64,000 bases of DNA from Eledone cirrhosa (taxonomy: Eukaryota). Where the stretch lies: assembly GCA_964016885.1 (NCBI GenBank), contig OZ024740.1:155558001-155622000 (forward strand). The letters are read 5' to 3'. Made by a program: the position numbers and the translations under genes. Shown in pieces: positions 24,334 to 37,962 of the stretch (position 1 is the first letter of the stretch; each line of letters opens with the position of its first letter). Below the pieces are notes generated by a model, which made no database searches, was not told the DNA's origin, and saw nothing but the letters and a program-made list of their open reading frames with translations.

Positions 24334-26454
24334 AAATACTTTAAAACAAATAGTTTTCTATCATAAAACTAAACAGATATGTGCCATAAAGTCAATTCCT
24401 GGTTCAAACAGATTGCTATCAAAAGAGTTAACTCTTTGTGTGCAGGTGTACTACCCCAGGTTGAGATGACCTGTAAATTTATCATTTCACCCCAAATTGT
24501 TAGAAGTAAGACAAAAGAGATATTTTGATCAAATTTGCTTTGGTCACATCTTTGGCACACAGGTAGTAAGAGGTAAAAAAACAAACCAGTTTGATTTTTT
24601 TTTACAATCGAAAAGTTAATAACTGCAAATACAAATAAGGTTCTCCAGAAATATCTGTAGGGCTTAAGATATTATATTACCCAGTCAAGTACATGTTGAT
24701 GAGTGTTCCAGTTGTTTGGAAATACCTATTCATCGAACTATAGTATAAATAGCTAAATATTCCTAATACACTTATAGTCTTAACATGTTCCTCAGGCAGA
24801 ATAAGCTTAACACTATAATTCAATGAGCCTCCACGTGGTCAGTCACCATCTGAGAAATAGCAGCTAAATCTTGCTTGTAATACATACTATTGTCTTAAAA
24901 ATAGGAAGGTCACATTGGATAATGTAGTTATAGATGTACTACGCTTGAAAAAAACAAGATGGTCATGGTTGGAAGGACTTTGACCATGACCTGGGACTAA
25001 ACACCAACAACAACTGCTATAACTTGTTGATCAAGAAAAAGATGTGTTCCTTATGTAATATAAGCTACTTAAATTTGAGATGGTGTTCATCTAGAGTGGG
25101 TTGAGCTGGCTCCAGCTAATGGATCTCCACAGTACTGCACACTGAAGCCAATAATACACAGCAATTTCAAAGGTCCAGTGTGGAGAATGTCAACAAGTCA
25201 CACTTCAATGTCAGACACCATATATAACAAGCTACTATTCAATCATTACTAAGTGGCAATATACTCTTTTCAACATGACTTCTTGCTATCCATGCACTCT
25301 ATCATCTTAATACTTTTATACCATCTCACCTGATACCACATCTGGTTTTTTGATGCAAAATCTATTTTAAAGTGTTCATAAGGAAATTAAAATGCTTCAC
25401 AATTTTACTTAAGAACCATTTGTTAACATATGTTCAAATACTAACTTCATAATAGACCAAGTTACTTTATTAAATTCTTCTAAATTCTTGATTATTTTCA
25501 AAACTAAAATAATAAAAAACAACACAGGCTAAATAATTTCATTATGGATATAGTAATGAAAAGATAAAATTAATTAAAAAACAGTATTATATGATATATG
25601 GTAATGAAAGGAGACGTTTGATAATGTAGTCCTAGACATGCCTTTAGAAAGATGGCAAGTGGACACTGCCAGAATGTTTGCTTTTCATTGTAGGTCTACT
25701 TAATTAGGGCTGACCTGGAGCTAAACAACAAATCCACATATGTTACTTGTAATTTGAAACATACAAACAGTTTCCAATAGCCATTAGCAAATTTAATCTC
25801 ATTGCCAATATTTGCCGGCATGGATTATATTTCATGACTACAGGCATATTATCAATTACCTGATGCTGAAGTATTAGAATATTATACAACTATTTTGTTG
25901 TTGTTATTGTATTTTTATAGCCTCATTGCAAAGTCAATAATTAGAAGGGAAAGTAGAAAAAAAATTTTTTTTTTTTTTTAATCAATAAATTTTTCTAAAG
26001 ACTTTTGCTAATCATCTTCATAACTATTTCAACAATGCTTTTTTAATAAGTATATCAAGGAAGCCATTCCAAATCAGAAATTAATTAAAAGCAGGAAGTA
26101 AGATCATCAAAAAGTGCACCAAGCTTGGAAATCTGACAAATTAAGTATGGCCTATTCAAATAATAAATAAATTTACAAAGAAATAAAGATAAGTCAGTTC
26201 AATCAAAGAAGACAGAAATTCTCTTACTTCATGTCATAAAGAATCCTGTGTCTTAACCCTTGCTTACCATATTTCTAATGAAACACACTGCGTATAATTT
26301 TCAAGTGATGTATCAACTGTAACTAACTTTCTCATTATTAACCCTTTAGTATTCACATTACTCTATATTTACTATTATATTTTCATGATAAAGGTTTTAC
26401 CTCACATAAAATCAAATCTATGAACAGAGAGGCAAGGTGTTCAGAGTATGGTAG

Positions 26455-26720
26455 ATGTGTTTATTGAACAATGAAAATAAAACAAAAAGTCAGATATAGG
26501 TAGTTAATTAGTTCATTGTTTTACGATCATTTCAGAGGAAGACAGTTGAATCGATCAGGGATTCCGAGACTAAACACAGGTAGCAACATAATCACTACCT
26601 GCTAGTAGATATATCGATTTACCACAATCAATCAACCCTCTGAAATTATCGTAAAACAATGAACTAATTAACTACCTATCTCTGGCTTTTGTTTTAATTC
26701 ATTGTTCAATACACACACAT
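26455..26720. repeat. Fold-back element (~83-bp arms, ~100-bp spacer)
   Basis: tattgaacaatgaa...ataggtagttaattagttcattgttttacgat..tttcagagg mirrored at 26637-26716. Confidence 0.85.
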
Positions 26721-28016
26721 ATATATATATAAATGACTCTGTAACCTGGGCAGATTCTTCTTCAAGGAAACCTTACGTGATGAGTACCTACCATAAAAAC
26801 TATAGGACTCACTGCTTAATCTCGCTGAAACCATCTCTTCAAAGCCACATTAAGTTCTAACAACATTATCGGAACTACCACAAGCAGGTGGAAACCAATA
26901 TATATATATTAACCCATGCTAGCGTTGAAAATGGACATGTGTGCATAATTACAGTGTCCTACCCCACCTTAATTTGTTTACTTGCAACTTCTATAAAATT
27001 GTATATTTTGAAAATATATTTTCTATATATGTGTGCAATAAGAGTATGATGATGAATATTTTTTTAAATATTGATAAGATTTTCACCTACAGAAATTACA
27101 AAAGTAGCTATATGTATCACTCAAGTTATTTTGGCACTTTTTTAATGTAGATGTTGAAATTGGTAAAAAAAAACAAAATATTGGCTTCAAATATAATTCA
27201 TTATTTACATTTGAGTATATAGTTGAAGAGTTTTACTCAAAAAATCTAAAATAATTAATTCTTCCTTTCACACTGATCAAATTTTGCTTTTGAAAACATT
27301 GATAATACTCTAGTTACTAGATGTATAAAATCTGTCTAACTGATATACTCAACACTCTTACAAAGCTTATTTTTTCATTAGCTTCACATTTGCAAGTATC
27401 TAAAATTTCCCCAGAGAGTGAGTGGACAAGTCCTGAGACTCCTCCCCTCTAACATCTAGTTGTTTGATGCCTGAAGGTATTAGTTACAACAGATTTTTCT
27501 TCAAAAAACTTATTTGTATAGCTATTGCAAGAATGATAAATAAAATCCAAAAGTGAAATGCATAATAAAATAAAATAAAACAAAATTAATTGTAGCTTTA
27601 ATCAAGTTTATTAAGTAATTCATCTTATGTTTCAGATTCAATGTTATATGAGATAGGAAAGAAATTAAAGATAGTTTTAATAAGTTTAATAAACATATGA
27701 AAATATAAAAACTTTATTACAAATTTAAACAAGATGACTGCTCCTATATCAATCACAAGTGGACTGAGCAATGCTAGGTCACTGTTTTAAATAAAATTCT
27801 AAAACCTTCACTCTATAAGTTTACACATTTAATTAATACTGCAGGGAATTGATGTGGAAGAAGGTAGGTGAATAAAATAGCATTTGGAATGGAAAAGGGA
27901 TTTGTTTTTTTAGTCAAGTGCGATCTCTATAACATGCACAAGTAAAACGACTTTTCAGTTCACTATTTTTCTATCCAATACTTATTGTATGTAATTTCCC
28001 AGCTGATGTTAATAAT

Positions 28017-28138
28017 TGTTTCTACTTTTGGCACAAGGCCAGCAATTATCTCAGTGTATTACTGGTACTTTATTTTATCGACCCCGTAAGGATGAAAGGC
28101 AAAGTTAACCTCGGCGGGATTTGAACTCAGACCATAAA
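28017..28138 (-). mobile_element. 5'-truncated SINE family 1 with TSD
   Basis: 12-bp direct repeat gatgttaataat at 28005-28016 and 28139-28150. Confidence 0.85.
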
Positions 28139-30449
28139 GATGTTAATAATACTTTTCTGACTGCTTAGATAACACTCAATACAGGCCAACCCATCGTAAT
28201 GCAAATTATATCACTGTGAAAGTCAACTACCATGATAGAAAACTTTTGATAGCTTCAATGTCTCAACGTGAGAACTAAAATTGCCATATAAATATGGCTG
28301 GGTTTAGCTGAAAGGCAACTGATGATGTCGTGACTGCCAGAGCAGACAGACTGCTCACAGCGGCTGTTGAGCATAGATATGTTAGCAGTTATTGCTTTCT
28401 CATCTGTTCTTGTTTATTCATAATTAGTGAAAATATATTCCCCATAAAGTGGTGGTGCTGGTGCTACAATAAAATGCATCCAGTAGATTCTGTAAAATGG
28501 TTGGCATTAGGAAGGGCATGCAGCCATAGAAACCATGCCAATAATGGAATGCATGAGTAAAATGTGGGTCTCCAACCCATCTAGTCTTGGATCGTGACAC
28601 ATATCCAACCCATGCCAGCATGGAAAATGGCTGTAAAATGATGATATAAAATATGGACAAACAAAAATGTGAAAATGCTTTGTAAATTGTACAATAAGAG
28701 AAAAAAAAGAAAATCGCATTCTGTTCAGTCAACTTTTCATAAATACTCGTCTAAGAAATAATTCAGTTATGAAGTAATTATGAAATAAATGACAAATTAG
28801 TTTCGTTAACCCTTTAGCATTTAAATCAGACGCATCCTGGTAGAATTCTCTCACCTCTTTCTGTGCAAACCGGCTGCCCATACTGATGTTAAAGGTATTG
28901 TTCTCAAAATAAATTATATCAAAATTGCATAAATTCTATATTATGTGAGATAATTATGTGAGGTAAAGACTTTACCATGAAATATAATAGTAAATATAGA
29001 GTAATGTGAATACTCTTCACAGTAAAAACTTATTTTAAAAATGTATTTTTGGAATTCTTAATGAATGATTGAAAGAGTCACAAACACATTGTAATTATTC
29101 CCATTGATTATATTCTTTACGCAATGTGAACTTACATTAATGATAAAAATTAAAAATAAATTACTTGTGCTAAGTGGGATTTGTCTGTACTTAATTCCAT
29201 TGCACCACTATTAATATAAAAAATGGAATTGGATTTGTATGTTGCCTTTAGTCACTGGTATATTTTCAGAAATAACAGAACATCTCATCACACAAAAAAT
29301 CTACATTTATCAATTGACTGCATTGCCAGTGTTCAAGGCCAGTTTAAGCCCCTTTGAAGCCCTAAGCACTGAAAAGATTATGCTGCTCTCCACCCAACAC
29401 CACCATGTGTAAAGTCTGTAATATTTTTTTTTAATGACAAATACAATTAATTTGAATAAAATAGTGCTGCTCTCCCCACTGTAATGTCATTGGTATTAGA
29501 AACCAGACCAAAATACAAATCTGTATGAGCAAGATGAAGTCCCCTGATCTGACTTGTCTCACAATGGGACAACTCATCTAATCCATGCTAGTGTCGAAAT
29601 TGGACATTAAACGGTGATGATGATGATCTTTGTAACAGTACTGAACAAACATTGATCTATGCATAAAATCCCTCAACCAAACCATGTAGTACTGCTGTCA
29701 GAAATTTTGCTAATTTAGAAGTTGTTGATGATATGCAAGTTAGAATATGGATGGGCCACTTGGAATCACCCTATTATCATGAGGTGGCCTAAGTACTATT
29801 AGAAGTAAAGAAAGTTCTGTTATTTGTAAATACATCATGTACCCTACTTGTACATGTATACACCTGTAAGCCATGCATAAGTCACATGGATGAGCAGGTT
29901 GAAAGGGACATACAATTCTTATCTGGTGTGGGTGTGTGGATGTGTATATTATATGATGGCTGTCCACTTGTGCCTGAGAAAGACCATAACTGACTATTAA
30001 AAAGAATCCTCTTTTTGACATAGGCTCTTTAAGCCTACCTGTTTCCTACATGTCTTTTGGTAGACTTTTCAAACAATATTGCTTATGTGTACGTCAGTAT
30101 GCAGAAATGTGTTCTGATGTATTGTAGTCTTTTTTTAATCCATCGATAGACTTTTGGACCTTCCCACATGTACTTATGACCTTGGTGACAGGCCAGTCAA
30201 GTTTACCAAACCCATTTAAAGAACTCTACACTTATATGGGGCTTGCTTAAATTCTGCACGAGAGATGCATACTTTTTTAAAAACATTTGTACTATCTTTA
30301 TTCAATTTCTTCAATGGTGATGATGAAAAGCATTTCTTTCCCAGTTATCCTCATTTATTTTAATGGCTTTAAAAGACTTTACACAATTGTTGAACTGCAA
30401 CCATCATTTATGAGCGTATTCTGCAAACAAGTTCACTATAGAATATAAT

Positions 30450-30790
30450 GATGTCTATGTTTGAATTGCAGTGCTGCATGGTAATGAGCTGTGGACCTTG
30501 AATGCAAATGATTTGCAGCAGCTAAAAATAAATGAGGCATGCATGTTCCGCTGGATGTATAATGTTAATGTACATGAACAAGAGGCAATTGTGGTGATAT
30601 GGTCGTGTGATGTGTAATGAAAGCAAGAGTAGTATAAAGAAGTGTGAAGCACTTGAAACAGGTAGACAGAGGGCAATGTTGTGAAGAATAACCTCAAGAA
30701 CCTGAATCTAATGAAGGAGATGACATGGGACTAGGTTAAGTGGCAATATACCATAATACAAAAAACCTATCCGATACAAGCACAGTAACA
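30450..30790 (+). pseudogene. Decayed RTE ORF2 3' fragment
   Basis: AVLHGNELWTL...NEACMFRWMYN homologous to AMLHGSETWAL...NEACMLRWMCN, with stops and deletions. Confidence 0.75.
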
Positions 30791-31006
30791 ATAATAATGT
30801 GATGAAAGATCAGAGACTATTTGGAGAGGTCCCTTAGCCTGCAGTGGATGAGACAATCTCTAGTGTCAATGGAACATACTGGTATCCCCTGAACTCCCAC
30901 AAAAACTGAGACAGTAAAAAGTAGAGGGAATTCTATGAATTTGATAAATATATTTATATAGTTAATATAAAGAATGGACTGTTCATGTGTGGAGATGCTA
31001 TAAGAT

Positions 31007-32050
31007 ATCTTTCTTTATTTGCCACAGGGGCGTACAAAAATGGGACATTACAAGACGTGACGGGTTTTACATAAAAATAACTTTAACATTAATAAATAAC
31101 AAAAAACTATATATAATAAAATAACAATTGAAATCCTCAATAAGGGGGAATGTTACTGCAGGGTTGTTTTACACCCTGTGGATAGAACAACCCTCAACAC
31201 CAGGAACACGTTTTGTAGGTGTTCATGTCTTCCCTCTGTTTATCTTCCTCAACTTACAGGTTTATATACAGAGAAGGCCCATTCACTCGGGCCATTTTCG
31301 CCACATTCACCCACCTTTCAGCGAATTTACTGGGGTGTAGCACCTTTCTCTCCACTCTCACCCTCCTTCTGAAGTGGTACTTAAGGATAAGTTGTTGTCC
31401 GGAGAGAAAGGTGTTTGCCTTCAGTCCTTTTAACCTCGTCCACCACATTACCTCTTTCGCTATAGCCACCAGAGGTAATGTGGTGGACGAGGTTAAAAGG
31501 ACTGAAGGCAAACACCTTTCTCTCCGGACAACAACTTATCCTTAAGTACCACTTCAGAAGGAGGGTGAGAGTGGAGAGAAAGGTGCTACACCCCAGTAAA
31601 TTCGCTGAAAGGTGGGTGAATGTGGCGAAAATGGCCCGAGGAAAACCGCCTCTCCTTCATTCTTAAATGAAGGCGGCGGGGTGATCCTCACGATGGACTC
31701 GGCTGACAACTGGATGTGTCCCACAGGTGACAGAAGCTGTTTGACATAATTCCACAGGTTGGTCACCCCTGGGCACTGAACAATTGCGTGCAGAACCGTT
31801 TCGACGTCCTGCTTGCATCTTGGATAGGTCCTTTTGGCAGGATCTCTGCCAAGGCGTTCATGCCTGTAGATTCTGTCTCAAACTGGTAGAGCTCCTCGGT
31901 AGCTCCTGGACAGAAAATCCTCCCAAACAGAGTGGTCAGTTCGTCCTCATCGATGCCTAGAGTTTCTCCAAGAATGTCGTCGCACTTATCCTCCACTAAT
32001 CCCCTATAGAATATTGAAGTAGAGTAGCCATGTGTGAGAACCCCCTTGAG
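31007..32050 (-). mobile_element. L1/Tx1-clade LINE 3' fragment
   Basis: Frameshifted ORF2 C-terminus with zinc-knuckle-like (Y)PRCKQDVETVLHAIVQC..LW and AKEVMWWTR...RW, stop at 31254, T-rich 3' UTR and A-rich tail (aaataaagaaaga). Confidence 0.7.
31286..31640. repeat. Apparently perfect inverted duplication, 170-bp arms, 15-bp spacer
   Basis: 31286-31455 is the reverse complement of 31471-31640. The same peptide is read on both strands in the ORF track. Confidence 0.95.
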
Positions 32051-32119
32051 CATCATCAAGTAATCGTACAGTCTTTTTCCCTTCCAGTTACATAGAATTT
32101 CTACTGAAGGAACTAACAA

Positions 32120-34606
32120 CTGTCAAAATCCAAATCTCAGGCCTGCAGCCCTCACTGTTGGCAACCTGAAAGGTAAATCAGGTGAAATTGCAGAGCTGTT
32201 AGAGAAGAGAAAAGCGGATGTATGCTGTTTACAAGAGGTGAGATAGAAGGGTGCCTCAGTGAAACTACTCACAGGCAAACAAGAGATATAAACTTTACTG
32301 GGTAGGAAATGATGATAGGGTAGGTGGAGTAGCCATCCTACTAGCTGAGAAATGGATAGATAAGGTGATAGAGGTAGTTAGAGTGACAGAATTATCAAGC
32401 TTGGTATAGCAGTAGGAAATAGAATGGTGACAATTATATCTACCTATGCATCACAGGCATGACTGAGTAAAAAAACAAAAGGACAGGTTCTTAAATACTA
32501 ATGCCTTCTCTGAGGAAGAATGTGCCACACAACACTAGTAAGTTATTAGTGACATCAGACTAAACACAGAACTAGATACGCAGGGAAATAAGGAGTCGGA
32601 GGGTTTGGAAGCTAAAGGACCGTCTGCTTAAATATAGGTTTACAAAGGCCCTTCAGGATGTTTTTAATGAGAAGGGTGACAAGCTAGATACATATAATGT
32701 TGAGAATATCTGGAAATTCTTGAGTGACAACCTTTTGCGAACTACTGATGAGAATTGTGGCTGGTATAAAGCACCAGCCAGACAAAGGTTGACCTGGTGG
32801 TGGAACAGCACAGTGGATAAAGCCAAGAGACAGACGGAGAAAGACAGGAAAATAGGTGCAGCAGAGACTGGGACCAGGTAGCTAAGAAAGAAATTAGATG
32901 ACAGGTATATACAACTTGGAGAGTGGCTGAAAAAAGTAAGTTTGCCAGTGTCTTGAGACATAAGGATCAGAGATGGGAAGTGTTCCACATTGCAAGGCAG
33001 TGTGTCAGAAATTATACTGGTGCACTTAGCACCACTGATGCTCATGATGCTCTATGAGAGACTGAAGAATGTAGATAATGAATGGGAGGGGGAGAGACTA
33101 CACCCAACTTACCCAACAGAAGGACCAGATATTGAAGTTGACAGTTATAGAGTCAAAGAAGTAATCAAGGAGATGAAGAATGGTAAAACTGTGGGATCAA
33201 GAGATAGTTGCTGAGATGCTAAATGTGTTGTGATATGTAGTTGACCTAGTAACACACAGTCAATCAGGTAATGCAGGACGGTGTCGTCCTGAATGACTGG
33301 TGCATCAGTACAATAATAAATTGCTGCAAAGGCAAAGGTGATGCTCTAGAAAGAAGCAACTACAGAGGAATAAAACTAATGGACCGAGTTATGAAAGTGA
33401 TGGAAAGAGTTATAGCATAGCTAATTAGGGAAAGAGTCAAATTAGATGAGATGCAGTTTTGCTGCATGCCTGAGAAATGTACTGAAGGCGCCCTCTTTTT
33501 TAGTGAGGCAATTACAAGAGAAGTTCCTAGCCAAGAATAAGCTGCTATATTTAACCTTTGTTGATCTATTAAAGGCCTTTGACAGAGTATACCATGATCT
33601 ATTACCTGGTAGTCCTTAAGGAAATTAGCTGTAGAAGAATAGGTTCTGAGAGAAGTGCATATACAGAGGAGCTGTCAGTAAAGCATGAGTGGAAGTGAGT
33701 TTAGTGAGGAATTCAAGGTACATGTAGGAGTTCATCAAGATTCAATTCTTAGCCCATTGCTATTCATCATAATTCTACAAGCCATAGCAGAGGAGTTTAG
33801 GACCAGCTGTCCATGGTAACTTCTCATCTGGTCCTGATAGCTGAATCCATAAAATAACTAGACAATAAATTACGACTACAGAAACAGAAGTTGGAATCAA
33901 AATTTCTAAGAGTAAACTTAGCCAAAACTAAAGTGCTAGTAAGTAGGAAAGAAGATAGAACCCTGATTCCCTTAAGGAAGTGGCCCTGCTCAATATGTAA
34001 TATATGATGTACACAATGTAAATCGTGGATACACAAGAAATGTAGTGGGATATCAGGTAGATTAACAGGGAATGAAGACTGTATGTAAAAGATGCACATG
34101 CATATTTGAGAAAAGCATCAGTGATATAAACCTTTTCCAATCACATGGAGGATCCATAGAAGTGGTTGATAGCTTCTGATATCTAGGTGAGTTAATTGGC
34201 AGTAGAGGAGGGTGCTCTGAGAGCTAGAATAAGGATAGGATGAAAGAAGTTTAGAGAGCTATTCCCACAGTTAACAGAAGCTTTCTCGCTGCATGTAAAA
34301 GTATGACTGTATGATGCCTGTGTGCAAAGTACAATGCTGCATGGTAGTGAAACATAAGTAGTAGCTGTAGAGGACATGCGTAGATTGAAGAGAAATGAAG
34401 CAACCATGCTTTGTTGGATGTGCAATGCAAATATGAGAGAAAGGGAGAGCTGGGTTTAAGAGAAATCTGAAGTTGTGTGCAAGAGAGAAGACTGCAGTAG
34501 TACAGACATGTGATCACAGAGATGATGAAGGAACACGGCGAGTGGGAGATGCTGTGCTGAAAAGGTCCCGTTCAACCCATGCCAGCTTGGAAAATGATGA
34601 TGATGA
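32120..34606 (+). pseudogene. Near full-length, heavily decayed RTE LINE (APE + RT)
   Basis: VGNLKGKSGEIAELLEKRKADVCCLQEVR, WWWNSTV, NYRGIKLMD, KAFDRV, GVHQDSILSP, with many stops and frameshifts and a (GAT)n tail. Confidence 0.9.
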
Positions 34607-34629
34607 TATATATATATATATATATATAG

Positions 34630-36190
34630 ACAGAGACCCCATGCCATAATCTGGTAGGCTCTTACAAAACTGGTTTGTGAAGGTTGTACAAGTCATGTAT
34701 AGGGAAGCAGTCAGAAAAGTTAGGATTAACAATGACTATAATGAGAAATTTGGCATACAGGCTCTGTTCTTAGCCTTCTCCTGTTTATTATCATCCTGCA
34801 GGCTATAACAGAGGAGTTTAAGACCAGATGCCCATGGGAACTTCTGTATGCGGATGATCTTTTACTCATAGGTGAATCTATGGTGGAACTAGAGAAGAAA
34901 TTCCAAACATGGAAGCAGGGCCTAGAAAGAAGAGGTCTTAAAGTCAAACTAACAAAGACTAAGGCCCTAGTAAGTAGAAGGGAAATCAGAACCCAGATCA
35001 CCTCAGGGAAATGGCCTTGCTTAGTATAGAGGAGAGGTGTAGGTAGAAATTCCATCCTCTGCTCCAACTGCAAAATATGGGTATACAAGAGATGTAGTGG
35101 GATCTCAGGAAGTTTAGCTAAGAATGTAGGCTTTACACTGGGACAGTAAGCAGCAAACAACCACAGGAAACAAGCGCTATCAAATTCTGAAAAGGTTTGG
35201 TAGAAGCAGAAGACAGCTTCTGCTACATGGTGACCAAATTAATAGCGGAGGTGGGTGTTCTGAAATGTATAGTAGCCAGAGTGAGAACGGGTGGAAGAGG
35301 TTCAGGTAGCTACTGCCAATGCTAGCTACAAAGGCTTTTCTCTCAAAATGAAACGCATACTGAATGATGAACAGCAATGTTACATGGTAGTGAGGCCTGG
35401 GCACTGCATGCAGAGGACTTGTGAAGAATGGAAAGAAATGAAGCGAGTATGCTTTGATGGATGTGTAACAGTAATATATGTGAACGGGAAAGCATAAATG
35501 ACTGAGAGAGAAACTAGGCATAAGAGGAATCAGATGCAGTGAGCAGGAGAGGAGATTGCATTGGTATGGTCATGCGATGCGTATGAAGGATGAAGGCTGT
35601 ATAAAAAGGTGCAGAGTGCTCAAAGTTGATGGAAGCCATGGAGTGGGAGACCCAAGAAGACTTGGGATAAGTTGATAAAAGCTAACCTTTCACTTCTCAT
35701 AGTCAATGACACAGGACCAAGATATCTGGCATTATGCAGTAATACAGAAGACCTGCCTTCTCATGAGCATAGGCTGAAGCATACATATTGTATGCACCAC
35801 CTTCACCCCACCCTCCCATGAGCACAGGCTGAAACATAGTGTGCACCACCCTCACCTCCACCCTTCCATTTACCTCCCACGTCCTAACACTCCACCCTCA
35901 CACTTCTCCCACCAAAATCCCCAGCCCACATTGTAAAGTGGTGCTGTATGTGTCACAACAAAAAGCATCCAGCCCACCCTGTAAAGTGGTTGTGTGGGTG
36001 TCACGACGAAAAGCACCCAGTACTCACTGTAAATGTAGTTGGCATTAGGAAGGGCAAGAAACCAAGCCAAAATCAGTTCTGTATGAGCAAGACATGGTCA
36101 CCTGACCAGGTTTCTCACATCAGGACAACTCGTCTAACCCATGTTAGTTTGGAAAAATGGACGTTAAACGGTGATGACGACGATGATGAT
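34630..36190 (+). pseudogene. Decayed RTE LINE (RT, 3' UTR, tail), related to element B
   Basis: CPWELLYADDL, GKWPC...WVYKRCSG, RLHWYGH, and the tail gatgacgacgatgatgat. Confidence 0.9.
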
Positions 36191-36990
36191 ATATAATACA
36201 CGCGTATATGTGTGTGTGAAAAATAGACACATGTATTCCACAGGGCATAATTTCCTTTGTTGTTTTAGTCAGGGAAAGATGAATAATAGCCATGGCCGTT
36301 TCCCAAAACATCCGACACAGCGGGAGGGAGAGAGGTATCCTCAAACTCGAGACTCAGTCCGAATACTTGCAACGGAGCGGATTTCCTTAAAGGAAGCTAA
36401 GGGCCAAGTGGTATATATAAAACTGGGGAAACGCATTACATCAACCATCCAAGTAGACTACAGAAGTTGAAAAAAGTGCAAAGAAATCGGAACAAATACT
36501 ACAAAACATCTCGTGGGACACTCTAACAATTCCGCCAATATCCCTCTCAGGACATTATTTTATTGATACCAAAAAGATACTCCGGCAATTCATCACCTGA
36601 ACGAAGAACCTTTTACATATAATTAAAAATTAATGTATGTAAAAATAAATAAATAAAATGGAAAGAAAAATGAAAAACCGATGCAAAGATGATGGATTAT
36701 TTAGTCAGTTGAGAGGAGGGCCCATGACCATTATCAGAGCCTCTAAGACAGGTGTGGAGTCAGTTATCTTCAAAATATAGCCCTTGCAACAGAATAGACT
36801 CTGCTAAAATCAAACCAATTGAAGAATTACGTCTATCACCCCCCAAACAGTATAGATTCTTCTGACCAGCTCCTATGCAGTCACCGTCAACAAAATTTCA
36901 CTTACGAGGCTATACTAAATTATATACACCTGAAACCACATAATTTAGAAGCGGACTTCTTAAATACACAACCATTCATGTACCGAAATC

Positions 36991-37115
36991 ACGCTTAGAG
37001 CACCTTAAATTTTGTAGGCGGTCACCCTTATAAGTTAGTACTGCTTCGCCTAAACGTTGCCTTACTTCGTTGATGAGACAAAAACCGGTGTTTTAAGCGT
37101 GTTATGGATGTAAGT
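36991..37115 (-). pseudogene. 5S rRNA pseudogene
   Basis: Reverse complement acttacatccataacacgcttaaaacaccggtttttgtctcatcaacgaagtaaggcaacgt...agtact...gggtgaccgcc...ggtgctctaagc is colinear with metazoan 5S rRNA over its full ~120 nt, with many substitutions and a small insertion. Confidence 0.8.
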
Positions 37116-37550
37116 TATTGGCACTTAGGAGAAAGATATGACCATGGAAATATAGATATAATGTAATTAATAAATTTAAACGACAGAAGAATCCATACAA
37201 AAGAGATACATTCATTGTATGAGTAGATGGTAAAAAATGTTCGTAAATATATTTACATATCGAAAACCACGTTCAGATGAAATATACACCTGTGAGACAA
37301 AAGCAATATGAAGAAAAACACAAAAATAATAGAATACATTGTTTAAAGTAAGGATGGGAAGATTATTTCTGTGGAAAAGAACTAACAACAAATGGCAGTG
37401 ATATTAGATAACATTTCGAATACATTACTACGTTTTTCAGAGAATAACGAAAAAAAAAATGACTGGATAGGATAGAAATAGCAGTGATTTGTTTAAGAAG
37501 CAAGCACAATAGAAAAAAAAACATGTTTTTATATAGAATGCAATGCTTAC

Positions 37551-37890
37551 CTTTAGAGGTTTCTGGTCTTTCTAATAATAATAATAATTTACGAAAGACG
37601 AAAGGTGTCCCTTTTTTAGAATTATTTTATCAGTTTAAAATTACGTTCTGCTTTTGCGTTTAGTTCACCGCTTTTGACAAGCATAAAGTTGAATGATAAC
37701 TTGCGATTAAAGATGAAATTATGTAATTTTCATTAAAAAAAAAGCAATCCAGTAGTCGTTTGAAGTTATGTATAACGAAGTGAACAACATAAACAGGAAA
37801 AAATACAATGAAAAAAGTAGGACTAAGAAGCAACAGTAGAGTAAATGTTGACTTTCAGTATAACGGATGCCATGTTGGAAAACCCCTTCC
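37551..37890 (-). other. Putative first (probably 5'-UTR) exon of a divergent - strand gene
   Basis: Strong donor AAG|GTAAGC at 37551/37550 and a YY1-like CCAACATGGC on - at ~37869-37878. The 5' end is approximate. Confidence 0.45.
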
Positions 37891-37962
37891 GGTGAGAAAC
37901 TGCGGGAATCCACGACACACGTTACGTGACGTCACATCGTCATGGTGTACAAGATGGCGACG
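37860..37962. promoter_or_regulatory. CpG-rich, probably bidirectional promoter
   Basis: Palindromic CRE TGACGTCA at 37927-37934, YY1-like CAAGATGGCG at 37950-37959 (+) and CAACATGGC (-), ETS-like CTTCCGG, and local CpG enrichment. Confidence 0.65.
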
